A stretch of 64,000 nucleotides of DNA from Chitinophaga pinensis (GTDB lineage: Bacteria; Bacteroidota; Ignavibacteria; Kapaibacteriales; Kapaibacteriaceae). The stretch is taken from the NCBI GenBank assembly GCA_943372295.1, contig CALRYC010000004.1, positions 2,325 to 66,324 of the forward strand, given 5' to 3'. Positions 55,830 through 64,000 of this stretch are shown here, one piece after another. Position numbers and translations under genes: made by a program. Numbering within the stretch: position 1 is the first letter of the stretch; each line of letters begins with the position of its first letter. The notes under the pieces were generated by a model, which made no database searches, was not told the DNA's origin, and saw only the letters and a list, made by a program, of their open reading frames with translations.

Positions 55830-57659
55830 CTAGGGGGCGACCACCGAGGTGGTTGCTGATTGCTCACGTGCCAGGCCCCGAATTTCTTCACTCAGTTCAG
55901 ACAGCGACAGAACCATGAATCCATCGAGAGCGTTCGAAAACGCAGCATCGACGTTGAAGGCCACCATCTGCGCATTCTGCTGAGCGTATTTCTTGAGAAG
56001 GATCGGACAGCTGGACCCGTCGGGTTCGATATGAGCGATGAGTTTATCAAGCAGTCGCATGTCATCGTTGATCGGATGCATGAGATCATCTATCTCAATG
56101 CCGGGAAGATCAGCTTTGAATGGCGCTCTTGGTTGAACGTGTCCGTACAACGACGAAGTTGCTGCGCGGCGCATGAAGAACGCTCGGATGATCTCCTTGG
56201 ATACGTCACGGTAGCGGTCCGAGACCGAAACGCACCCAACGATGGCTTCCAGTTCAGGATGGCTGATGATGTACGTTAAAATGCCTCGCCACAATAGGTG
56301 CAGGGGCAGACGTTGACGTTGAAACTCCGGTCGAACGAAAGAACGACCGAGTTCAAGACAGCTTCTCATCATTGCCCGTGCCGTATCGTCGAAGTGGAAC
56401 AGAGATGCCGAGTACATCCCACTGATTCCGTGCTTTTCCATGATGCGGCCACCGTGCCCAAGCCGATATGATCCGGCAATGCACTTTGATGGGCGATGCC
56501 ACAGGACAAGATGTTCATAATGCCGGTCGTAAGCGTCGATGTCCAGCGCGGTGCCCGTTCCTTCGCCTACGTGACGGAAGGTTATCTCCCGAAGTCGACC
56601 GATCTCGTGAAGGATATTTGGAGCCGTGTCTCGTTGCATCAGGAAAACGTCAAAGTCGCCCTGCGTAAGTAGGCGGCAACTATCAAGCTGGTCGATTTCC
56701 GTTTCGATGGCTTCACAGCTCACCGTGCCAGCCACGGCAGGCAGCACAACCTTGGGCATTGAGGCATCGGCACTTCTTTTCAGTAGTGCAGGAGACTTTA
56801 GATAAACGATCGTTCTGAGAAATCTTCCAAGGTCCTGTGCGCTTGACGATGCTTGGATGATCCCCCGATGAATTGGAGCACCAAACGTGATGGACATCAA
56901 GCCATTTCGCTGACGAAGCAGTTCCGAGGGAAGAAGTGCGGTGCGAAGTCGCGGATGGATCTTTCCTGCAGCATAGAACAGCGATGAATTCCGGCCGGTG
57001 ATGAATGCCGGAACAACCTCCGCAGAGGTGCGTTGAATGATCTTTGAGATTGTCTCGCTCCAAGGTCTGTCTACCGGCCCAAGACCATTCACGAGGGTCG
57101 ACGAGACCTCGCCGGCAGGGAAAACGACCAACACACCTCCTTGGTTGAGATGATGCAGGGCCTTACGAAAACCACCGATGTTGGCGCTTACCGACGTCGG
57201 GGTATTGAACGGATCAACGTCGATCAGCACTTCGCGCAGAGGCTCAATCCGCTGCAGAACGTAGTTGGTCATGATGCGCACGTCCTTACGTCGCCGAAGC
57301 ACTGCGCCGAGCAATCCGACCCCGTCGAGTGCACCAAGGGGATGATTGGCAACAACCACGACAGGCCCGGAGTCTGGAATCAATGCCAGGGACTCCTCGT
57401 TCACGTCGAGGCGCACATTGAGAATCTTGAACAGCTGGTCAGTGAATGACTCGAGATCGAGATGCGCACACCGTGCATAGATGTCATTGATCTCATCGAG
57501 TCGTAACACCCACCTCGCCATGTGTACGACAGGATCGATCGGCTTGCGCCCCAGAGCAGCGGCGAGCTCTTGATGTGTAAGGAGTCCTTTGGTTGGTCGA
57601 TCGTTCTCGTGCGCGCAGGGATAGATGGCTGCTGCGGGTTCTGCTGAAGAGTTTGCCAC
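55830..57659 (-). CDS. Two-domain acyltransferase, OlsF-like (N-terminal PlsC-type O-acyltransferase + C-terminal OlsB-type GNAT N-acyltransferase)
   Basis: VVVVANHPLGALDG (HX4D) in the N-terminal half. DIDAYDRHYEHLVLWHR...IAGSYRL in the C-terminal half resembles OlsB-type aminolipid N-acyltransferases. Confidence 0.65.
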   Translation of the reverse strand: MANSSAEPAAAIYPCAHENDRPTKGLLTHQELAAALGRKPIDPVVHMARWVLRLDEINDIYARCAHLDLESFTDQLFKILNVRLDVNEESLALIPDSGPVVVVANHPLGALDGVGLLGAVLRRRKDVRIMTNYVLQRIEPLREVLIDVDPFNTPTSVSANIGGFRKALHHLNQGGVLVVFPAGEVSSTLVNGLGPVDRPWSETISKIIQRTSAEVVPAFITGRNSSLFYAAGKIHPRLRTALLPSELLRQRNGLMSITFGAPIHRGIIQASSSAQDLGRFLRTIVYLKSPALLKRSADASMPKVVLPAVAGTVSCEAIETEIDQLDSCRLLTQGDFDVFLMQRDTAPNILHEIGRLREITFRHVGEGTGTALDIDAYDRHYEHLVLWHRPSKCIAGSYRLGHGGRIMEKHGISGMYSASLFHFDDTARAMMRSCLELGRSFVRPEFQRQRLPLHLLWRGILTYIISHPELEAIVGCVSVSDRYRDVSKEIIRAFFMRRAATSSLYGHVQPRAPFKADLPGIEIDDLMHPINDDMRLLDKLIAHIEPDGSSCPILLKKYAQQNAQMVAFNVDAAFSNALDGFMVLSLSELSEEIRGLAREQSATTSVVAP

Positions 57660-57777
57660 TCACAACGTTAGGCGCAGTAGTGTTACGCCAACGAAAAGTC
57701 ACCATTAGCTTTCGACAATACAGATGGGCGTAGCTTTGTCCTTCGGAATATCACCACCAGTAACCAGCAACTTCACC

Positions 57778-58749
57778 ATGAACCACGTCAATCTTGGCCG
57801 CACTGGTCTGAAAGTCTCCCGCCTCTGCCTCGGCACCATGAACTTCGGTCACTGGATCGAGGAGCAGGATTCCTATCCGGTGATGAGCCGTGCGCTTGAG
57901 CATGGCATCAATTTCTTCGATACGGCGAATGTTTACGGATATGACAAGGGCAGGGGGCGTACCGAAGAGGTCATCGGTAACTGGCTGGCGCAGGACCCGT
58001 CGCGTCGTGACAAGATCGTTCTCGCAACGAAACTCTACAGTCCTATGGCCGATGGGGTGAACGACCGCGGCTGCTCTGCGTACCACATCAAGAAGGCCTG
58101 CGAGGATTCACTGCGAAGGCTCAAGACAGATCACATCGATCTGTATCAAATGCATCACATTGATCGTTCGACGCCGTGGGAGGAGCTCTGGCAGGCAATG
58201 GAACAGCTTGTGCGCGAGGGCAAGATCCTCTACGTGGGCTCAAGCAACTTTGCCGCATGGAACATGGCGCAGGCCAGTGAGCGTGCAAAGCAGCGCCACT
58301 TCCTCGGACTCGTCAGCGAGCAGAGCGTGTACTCACTTCGCAACCGTCACATCGAACTCGAAGTGATCCCTGCTGCAAAGGCCTACGGCATGGCCATCCT
58401 GCCGTGGAGTCCACTTGGAGGGGGCTTGCTGGCCGGCATCTTCTCAAAGTCCGACACGCTTCGTCGCAAGCGTCCGCAGCTTATCGAGGCCGCCGAAAAA
58501 CTACGTCCACAGGTTGAGCAGTATGAAGCTCTGTGCGCAAGACTTGGTCTAGACTGCGCCGACGTTGCCCTTGCATGGCTGCTTCAGCGCGACGGCGTCA
58601 CAAGCCCCATCATCGGCCCGCGCACAGTCGAACAGCTCGACGCCAACGTTGCCTCCATGAACATCACGCTCGAGGCTAACACCCTTGCCGAACTCGACCG
58701 CATCTGGCCGGGGCCGGGCAATCAGGCTCCCGAGGCGTACGCGTGGTAG
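57778..58749 (+). CDS. Aldo/keto reductase
   Basis: Start at ATG 57778 (MNHVNLGRTGLKVSRLCLGTMNFG). DTANVYG, DLYQMHH and SNFAAW motifs. The TAG at 58747-58749 abuts repeat locus F. Confidence 0.88.
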   Translation: MNHVNLGRTGLKVSRLCLGTMNFGHWIEEQDSYPVMSRALEHGINFFDTANVYGYDKGRGRTEEVIGNWLAQDPSRRDKIVLATKLYSPMADGVNDRGCSAYHIKKACEDSLRRLKTDHIDLYQMHHIDRSTPWEELWQAMEQLVREGKILYVGSSNFAAWNMAQASERAKQRHFLGLVSEQSVYSLRNRHIELEVIPAAKAYGMAILPWSPLGGGLLAGIFSKSDTLRRKRPQLIEAAEKLRPQVEQYEALCARLGLDCADVALAWLLQRDGVTSPIIGPRTVEQLDANVASMNITLEANTLAELDRIWPGPGNQAPEAYAW

Positions 58750-58928
58750 GAAGCCGAAACGGAGGGAAGCCGAAACGGAGGGAAGCGCGCTCCGCGCGAG
58801 GGAAGCCGAAACGGAGGGAAGCCGAAACGGAGGGAAGCCGAAACGGAGGGAAGCCGAAACGGAGGGAAGCCTGCGGAGTTTGAACCTCACACCTCACACC
58901 TCACACCTCACACCTCACACCTCACTAC
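58750..58928 (+). repeat. Composite repeat locus F: 7 GAGGGAA units (mostly 16-bp GGAGGGAAGCCGAAAC) + junction GGAGTTTGAACC + (TCACACC)x5 plus one degenerate unit (58887-58928)
   Basis: Counted base by base. Same orientation as locus C. The last degenerate heptamer contains the stop (58925-58927) of the minus-strand OMP gene. Confidence 0.95.
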
Positions 58929-60406
58929 ATCCTCAGGCGCAGGAACCCAACATGGGCCGAGATAACGGGCAACCGATCGGTGAAGAGCGATGAGATGTCC
59001 ATCGTGGTGATGCCGGTTTCGAGGAAACCGCCGAGCAGAGAGAAGGTGAGCGAGCCGGGGATGAAGACGTTCATGCCATCGCCGGTGCCTACGCCGCTGG
59101 CGATGATGAGCCAGGAGAAGGGTCGATAATTAACGCCCGTTGACACGATGGCTTGCGAGAGGTTTGCGCTGCCATCGTTGAGCGGTGCCATCACATCGAA
59201 GCCGAAGCGGAAGAAGCGGCTGACCGAGTACGAGCCACCAACGCGCAGGCGGGTGGGGAGCTTTGATGTTGTCTGCATTAGACCCGACCAGACGAAGTAG
59301 TTGCCATCGCCGGTGATCTTCTGGGCTTCTTCGATGAAGTTGTAGCTGGCAAAGCCCGGTGTGCCGAGACCGTTAACAAGCGTATCGCCGGCGGCAAAGA
59401 CGTTGCCGTTGTATTCAATCTGCCCGATGTCAATGACCGATACACCAATGGCGAAGGTATTGCTGGTGTATGTGAGACCGAGGTCGACCCCGTAGCCTTC
59501 GCCGACGGGCACGAGGTTGTTGCCGGTGATTACCGACGGTGTGGTGGCGTTGCCATAGTTGATGGTGAACCATGGACTCAGCGCGCTCGATGCGCTGAAG
59601 ACGCCATTCTCGGCGCGGGCATCCAGATACGCGAACGACTGCAGGTACTTGCCCGTGAGGCCAAGGCATAGACGCCAGTCACGACCTGATACAATGGGCA
59701 GTCCATACCCGAGAGCGTATTCGCGCGACCACGAAAGTGAAAGGCGAGTGCCGTCGAAGAGCTGCGAGAAAAGCTGTGGCCGACGCGCCACGCCGATCGT
59801 GTCCCCGCGCCAGTTCGTATACGATGAGTCGAAGTACGCCGCATTCCGTCCACGAAAGATGATGTCCGAAGCCCCCTCATTGAGAAGGAATGCTGCACCG
59901 ATACGCTCGCGTACCGTGAAGCCGATGCCACCGTACTTCTTTGTCTGGTATGCAACGCCAAGAAGCATCACGTCAGCATTGACGCGAATGCCGCGATTGG
60001 AAAAGTCCTGCGCAAGCTGAATCTGGTCGGCCCGGGTAAAACTCGTTGCCGATCCGCGCTGCAAAACAAGGTCAAAGATCCTGGCCTTGTCGAGCGCATC
60101 ACTGCGGATCGATGCGCCGACCTGACCGAATCCGATCGAGAAGCGACGGGTGATACGTTCGATACCGGTCTCGAGCGGTGTCGATGACGTGAAGTACTCC
60201 AACGTGGGTGCGAACCCCAGATTGGCGGGATTGATCGACAGACACTGATAGTCCGAGACGGTTGACGTCATAAACGCTGCATGCCCTATGCGTCCATGAT
60301 CGATCATGTCGCTCTGGGCCGCACTGTTGCGCGTGAGCGAAATGAGGGTTAGCGTTAGTGCGATGAGGATGTTAAGGCGTGTCTGGTTCATGCGTGTGTT
60401 GCTCAT
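58925..60406 (-). CDS. Outer-membrane beta-barrel protein (unknown family; PorV/FadL-like size)
   Basis: 493 aa. Signal peptide LNILIALTLTLISLTRNSAA-Q, beta-rich sequence, C-terminal aromatic/hydrophobic strand HVGFLRLRM. Confidence 0.6.
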   Translation of the reverse strand: MSNTRMNQTRLNILIALTLTLISLTRNSAAQSDMIDHGRIGHAAFMTSTVSDYQCLSINPANLGFAPTLEYFTSSTPLETGIERITRRFSIGFGQVGASIRSDALDKARIFDLVLQRGSATSFTRADQIQLAQDFSNRGIRVNADVMLLGVAYQTKKYGGIGFTVRERIGAAFLLNEGASDIIFRGRNAAYFDSSYTNWRGDTIGVARRPQLFSQLFDGTRLSLSWSREYALGYGLPIVSGRDWRLCLGLTGKYLQSFAYLDARAENGVFSASSALSPWFTINYGNATTPSVITGNNLVPVGEGYGVDLGLTYTSNTFAIGVSVIDIGQIEYNGNVFAAGDTLVNGLGTPGFASYNFIEEAQKITGDGNYFVWSGLMQTTSKLPTRLRVGGSYSVSRFFRFGFDVMAPLNDGSANLSQAIVSTGVNYRPFSWLIIASGVGTGDGMNVFIPGSLTFSLLGGFLETGITTMDISSLFTDRLPVISAHVGFLRLRM

Positions 60407-61398
60407 CGTGAAACTAAGTCACTCACCCACTCGGCGATGCGAATGGCTTCTGCCCCTTCAGCAAGGCTGACGGCGACGGGCTGACGCGAAGTGATGCTGT
60501 CGAAGAAGGCACGCTGCTCATCAAGGATGGCGTTAGCCGGTATGATCTCCGGCTTGTCGTGGACGATCAGGCGATCGCCAAACTGCGTCGTCACGGCGCC
60601 AAGTGGAGTCTGGTGCGACGGTTCGATCGCCGATGCATCGATCAGCCGATACAGCTCGGCCGTGCCGGCAGCAAGATCCAGCGACACGTACTGATCTGGC
60701 TGGAACACACGCAGCTTCCGCATCGGAGAGGCCGTTATGCGAGATGCCGTTACGTTAGCCACGCAGCCGCTGGCAAATGTCAGCCGCGCATTGCAGATAT
60801 CGATGGTATCGGTCAGCACTTTCACTCCCGTTGCCTGGATATCCGTCACGGTAGACCCGGTGAGCCAGAGCAGCAGATCGATATCGTGGATCATCAGGTC
60901 GTGGATCACGCTCACGTCGATGGCCCGTGGCTTGAAGGGGGCTAGCCGGTGCACCTCAATGAACAACGGACTGACGTTCATCTGACGCAGGATGCGCACG
61001 GCCGGGTTGAAACGCTCGACGTGGCCGACTTGAACGACAACGTCACGGGATTCTATGTGGCGCAGCAGCTCGGTGGCTTCTGCATAGGTGGCTGTGGCGG
61101 GCTTTTCGACAAAGCAATGAATGCCCCGATCGACCGCGGCCGTGACGGTAGCATAGTGTGTGGTGGTCGGTGAGGCGATGATCACCGCATCGACGTTCGG
61201 CATGGCCTCCAGTGATGCGTACCACTGAGCCCCGTACTGAGAGGCGATCTCTTGTCCGCGTTGCTGATCGGGGTCGACAACACCGACAAGTGCTACGTCC
61301 TGATGCTGTGTGAGAAGTTTGACGTGGATCGATCCTAGATGTCCGGTTCCGATAACGGAGACGCGCATGGCCATAGGCTCACTGATAGAAGTTGTCAC
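60403..61398 (-). CDS. Gfo/Idh/MocA-family NAD(P)-dependent oxidoreductase
   Basis: MRVSVIGTGHLGSIHVKLL Rossmann motif and FVEKP motif. The start is either GTG 61398 (GTGA overlap with the xer stop) or ATG 61368. Confidence 0.85.
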   Translation of the reverse strand: MTTSISEPMAMRVSVIGTGHLGSIHVKLLTQHQDVALVGVVDPDQQRGQEIASQYGAQWYASLEAMPNVDAVIIASPTTTHYATVTAAVDRGIHCFVEKPATATYAEATELLRHIESRDVVVQVGHVERFNPAVRILRQMNVSPLFIEVHRLAPFKPRAIDVSVIHDLMIHDIDLLLWLTGSTVTDIQATGVKVLTDTIDICNARLTFASGCVANVTASRITASPMRKLRVFQPDQYVSLDLAAGTAELYRLIDASAIEPSHQTPLGAVTTQFGDRLIVHDKPEIIPANAILDEQRAFFDSITSRQPVAVSLAEGAEAIRIAEWVSDLVSR

Positions 61399-62312
61399 GA
61401 CGTTGTGCTTCGCGGGTGGGCGCGTCGGTAGGCGTCTTTAAGGCGCTCGACGCTGACGTGCGTGTAGATCTGCGTTGTTGACAATGAGGAGTGCCCCAGC
61501 ATGTCGCTTACCGCCGAAAGGTCAGCTCCGTTGTCGAGCAGGTGAGTGGCAAACGAATGTCGCAGCACATGCGGACTTTTTCGGCGTGCCTCGGTGACCG
61601 GTCCAAGAGCACGGCGCACAATCCGCCATGCAGATGAACTCGTCAGCCGTCCACCACGGTCGCCCAGAAACAACGCGCGCTCATCGTCCTTCGGATCAAA
61701 CTCCGCGCGGCGCAGCAGGTACCTCTCGATCATGTCGACAGATTCCTGCGTCAGCGGAACAATGCGCTGCTTCGCCCCCTTACCCGTTACGCGCACGGTG
61801 CGCGCTGATGCGTCGATCTGGCCAACATTGAGCCCGAGGGCTTCATGAATCCGCAGACCCGAGCCATACAGCAGTTCGCAAAGAGCCCTGTTACGGAGCC
61901 CCTTTACGGTTTCGAGATCGAAAGTCTCCCAGAGCCGCGTGGCCTCATTCATGTTGATGAACGACGGTAGGGGGCGCGCGGTCTTGGGCGAGGCGATCAT
62001 TGCAGCCGGATTGCGATCGATCGCGCCGCTGCGCAGAAGGAATCGGAAGAAACTCCGCACGGCAGCCAGTTTCAGACGGATGCTGGTCTTACCCAGCCCC
62101 TTGTCATGCAACCACCCGAGAAACGGACGGATGTCTGCCTCGGTGATCTCGGATACCGCAGGCAGGGGACTGGCAAACTCCGCCAAATACTGACAGAACT
62201 GCGAAAGGGCGGTTTCGTAGGTGAGGGTGGTATGCGAGCTGGCGGACTTTTCCACATCGAGTGTGGAAAGGAATGACCGTATAGCGCTCTGCAAATCCAT
62301 TTGCGCAAACAT
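61395..62312 (-). CDS. Tyrosine recombinase, XerC/XerD type
   Basis: 305 aa. GLRIHEAL, RHSFATHLL and GHSSLSTTQIYTHV catalytic-domain motifs. Confidence 0.85.
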   Translation of the reverse strand: MFAQMDLQSAIRSFLSTLDVEKSASSHTTLTYETALSQFCQYLAEFASPLPAVSEITEADIRPFLGWLHDKGLGKTSIRLKLAAVRSFFRFLLRSGAIDRNPAAMIASPKTARPLPSFINMNEATRLWETFDLETVKGLRNRALCELLYGSGLRIHEALGLNVGQIDASARTVRVTGKGAKQRIVPLTQESVDMIERYLLRRAEFDPKDDERALFLGDRGGRLTSSSAWRIVRRALGPVTEARRKSPHVLRHSFATHLLDNGADLSAVSDMLGHSSLSTTQIYTHVSVERLKDAYRRAHPRSTTS

Positions 62313-62316
62313 ACAA

Positions 62317-62324
62317 TATATTTG
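62317..62324 (+). promoter_or_regulatory. Candidate -7 box TATATTTG upstream of the aldehyde dehydrogenase gene
   Basis: Matches TAnnTTTG 20 nt upstream of the ATG at 62344. The only nearby TTTG (62300-62303) is 13 nt away, which is too close for a canonical -33 element. Confidence 0.35.
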
Positions 62325-62343
62325 TAAGTCTAAGGATCACACC

Positions 62344-63792
62344 ATGTTGCATATCAGAAACTACATCGGCGGACACTTCCGCGATCCACACTCGGGTCTG
62401 TGGATAGACAACGTGAACCCTTCCACAGGCGATGTCTACTCGGTGATCGCCCGCAGCGATGCGCGTGATGTTGCCGACGCGGTGCATGCCGCCTCTGTGG
62501 CGTTTCCGGAATGGTCGGCCATGCCGGCAAAGGGGCGCTCGGAGATCATGATGGAGATCAGCAGGCGCATCAAGGTGCATCTGGAGGATCTGGCGCTGGC
62601 CGAGACCAACGATCAGGGGAAGCCCCTTTGGCTGTCGCGCAGCGTTGACATTCCCCGGGCGGTGGACAACATGGCGTTCTTCGCTACTGAGATCCTCCAT
62701 ACGCACACGGACGCGCACCAGACCGACGAGCACGTGATCAATTACACCCTGCGGCGTCCTCTGGGAGTGGTTGGCTGCATCTCTCCGTGGAATCTTCCGC
62801 TGTATTTGTTCACGTGGAAGATCGCCCCGGCCTTGGCAGCCGGCAACACGGTTGTGGCCAAGCCCAGCGAGCTAACGCCGATGACGGCGTTTCTGCTGTC
62901 GCAGATCTGCATCGATGCGGGGCTGCCGGCAGGCGTGCTCAACATCCTGCACGGCTATGGTCACGAGTGCGGTCAGGCTATTGTTGAGCATCCCTCCATC
63001 AAGGCGATCTCGTTTACCGGCGGGACGTCCACCGGACGTCAGATCGCCGCTTCCGCAGCGCCGATGTTCAAGAAGCTTTCCCTCGAACTCGGCGGCAAGA
63101 ATCCAACGATCGTGTTTGATGACGTTGACGTTGCCACGACGGCCCGAAGCGTGGCCCGGGCGGCGTTCACCAACCAGGGAGAGATCTGTCTGTGCGGCTC
63201 GAGGATCTTTGTGCAGCGGGGAATTCTAGAGGAGTTTCAGCGCGCGCTGATCAGCGAAACCGAGCGATTTTTGCTCGGCGATCCGCTGGAGAAGGACACC
63301 CGAACCGGCGCGATAGTCAGCAAGGCACACATGGACAAAGTTCTCGGTTACATCGATCTGGCAGTTCAGGAAGGGGGCACGATTCTTGCAGGCGGCAAGC
63401 GTGCACATTTGCCGGGCAGGTGTGCTGACGGGTTTTTCATCGAACCGACGCTCATCGGCGGGCTTCCTCAGGAATGCCGCGTCAATCGTGAAGAGATCTT
63501 CGGTCCGGTGGCAACAATCATCCCGTTTGACGCTGAGGAAGACGTGATCGCGATGGCCAATGACACGGACTACGGTCTAGCTGCAAGCGTCTGGACGTCG
63601 AACGTGCACCGGGCGCACCGGACGGCACATCGACTCGAGTCCGGCATCGTCTGGGTGAACACATGGCTGATGCGCGACCTGCGGACGCCATTCGGAGGAA
63701 TGAAACACAGTGGTGTGGGCCGCGAAGGGGGAACCGAGGCGCTGCGCTTTTTCACGGAACAAAAAAACATCTGTCTGCAGATCGCACCGTAA
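62344..63792 (+). CDS. NAD(P)-dependent aldehyde dehydrogenase (2-hydroxy/aminomuconic semialdehyde dehydrogenase-like)
   Basis: Start at ATG 62344 (MLHIRNYIGG). FTGGTSTGRQI, ELGGKNP and NQGEICLCGSR (catalytic Cys) motifs. Confidence 0.85.
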   Translation: MLHIRNYIGGHFRDPHSGLWIDNVNPSTGDVYSVIARSDARDVADAVHAASVAFPEWSAMPAKGRSEIMMEISRRIKVHLEDLALAETNDQGKPLWLSRSVDIPRAVDNMAFFATEILHTHTDAHQTDEHVINYTLRRPLGVVGCISPWNLPLYLFTWKIAPALAAGNTVVAKPSELTPMTAFLLSQICIDAGLPAGVLNILHGYGHECGQAIVEHPSIKAISFTGGTSTGRQIAASAAPMFKKLSLELGGKNPTIVFDDVDVATTARSVARAAFTNQGEICLCGSRIFVQRGILEEFQRALISETERFLLGDPLEKDTRTGAIVSKAHMDKVLGYIDLAVQEGGTILAGGKRAHLPGRCADGFFIEPTLIGGLPQECRVNREEIFGPVATIIPFDAEEDVIAMANDTDYGLAASVWTSNVHRAHRTAHRLESGIVWVNTWLMRDLRTPFGGMKHSGVGREGGTEALRFFTEQKNICLQIAP

Positions 63793-63810
63793 ACAACAGC
63801 AGAAAGAGGA

Positions 63811-64000
63811 ATGGAAAAGATCGTCATCAACTCTGAGCGTGCTCCGGAGCCCGTCGGAGCATATCCGCACGCACGCCGTGTGGGCAACCTCATCTACCTC
63901 AGCGGTGTCGGACCGCGCGAGCGCGGCACTAAGGTCATCCCGGGCGTTACCCTCGGTTCCGACGGTTCCATCGTCGAGTACGACATCGAAGCGCAAACCC
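63811..64000 (+). CDS. RidA/YjgF/TdcF-family deaminase (3' end outside window)
   Basis: AAAGAGGA lies upstream of the ATG. INSERAPEPVGAYPHARRVGNLIYLSG is the canonical RidA N-terminus. The ORF runs off the window edge. Confidence 0.8.
   Translation, partial: MEKIVINSERAPEPVGAYPHARRVGNLIYLSGVGPRERGTKVIPGVTLGSDGSIVEYDIEAQT

Noticed and set aside
61395-62312. Tyrosine recombinase as the integrase of a mobile element
   Set aside because: It has XerC/XerD-type sequence and size, and is translationally coupled to a housekeeping oxidoreductase. There is no adjacent tRNA, excisionase, att-like direct repeat or cargo. It is most likely the chromosome-dimer resolvase.

Overview
This is a 64-kb chromosomal segment from a high-G+C Gram-negative bacterium; coding lines I hand-counted are about 55-65% G+C. 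It looks like the Bacteroidota/Chlorobiota/Ignavibacteriota (FCB) group. Four proteins end in T9SS-type C-terminal sorting domains. Several genes sit behind TTG-N19-21-TAnnTTTG promoters, and an efp-accB-accC string is present. I call 56 protein-coding genes (2 cut by the window edges), 2 tRNAs (Val-CAC, Cys-GCA), 4 intrinsic terminators and a few promoters. The content is mostly housekeeping: translation (hisS, leuS, efp, fmt, gatC, yciH, miaE), lipid and LPS synthesis (plsC, kdsB, accBC, GT9/GT4, an OlsF-like acyltransferase), central metabolism (ppsA, acs, pyrC, gcvH), and transport (a TonB-dependent receptor operon and two APC permeases). I found no rRNA, CRISPR, transposase, prophage, or recognisable defence or toxin genes. 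The best candidate for something undescribed is not a gene cluster. It is a modular intergenic repeat family present at six loci (about 1.4 kb in total). The family is built from shuffled heptamer arrays (GGTGTGA, CAGTACC/CAGTCCC, AACCCCA, GGTTTCA), GAGGGAA units separated by GC mini-hairpins, and a conserved two-hairpin core. Three of the loci fill convergent spacers exactly from stop codon to stop codon with a conserved polarity, and two inverted copies bracket a 5.8-kb segment. Secondary points of interest:
- a DUF5522-type Cys-rich module fused in frame to a secreted T9SS cargo in a TonB-receptor operon
- a divergent pair of T9SS cargo genes, one of them a 1679-aa LamG / Ig-like / cohesin-like giant
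- tandem paralogous small secreted proteins with near-identical promoters, next to an AT-rich leader region
- an orphan AddA-like helicase-nuclease

All functional calls come from motif recognition by eye. No database search was run.
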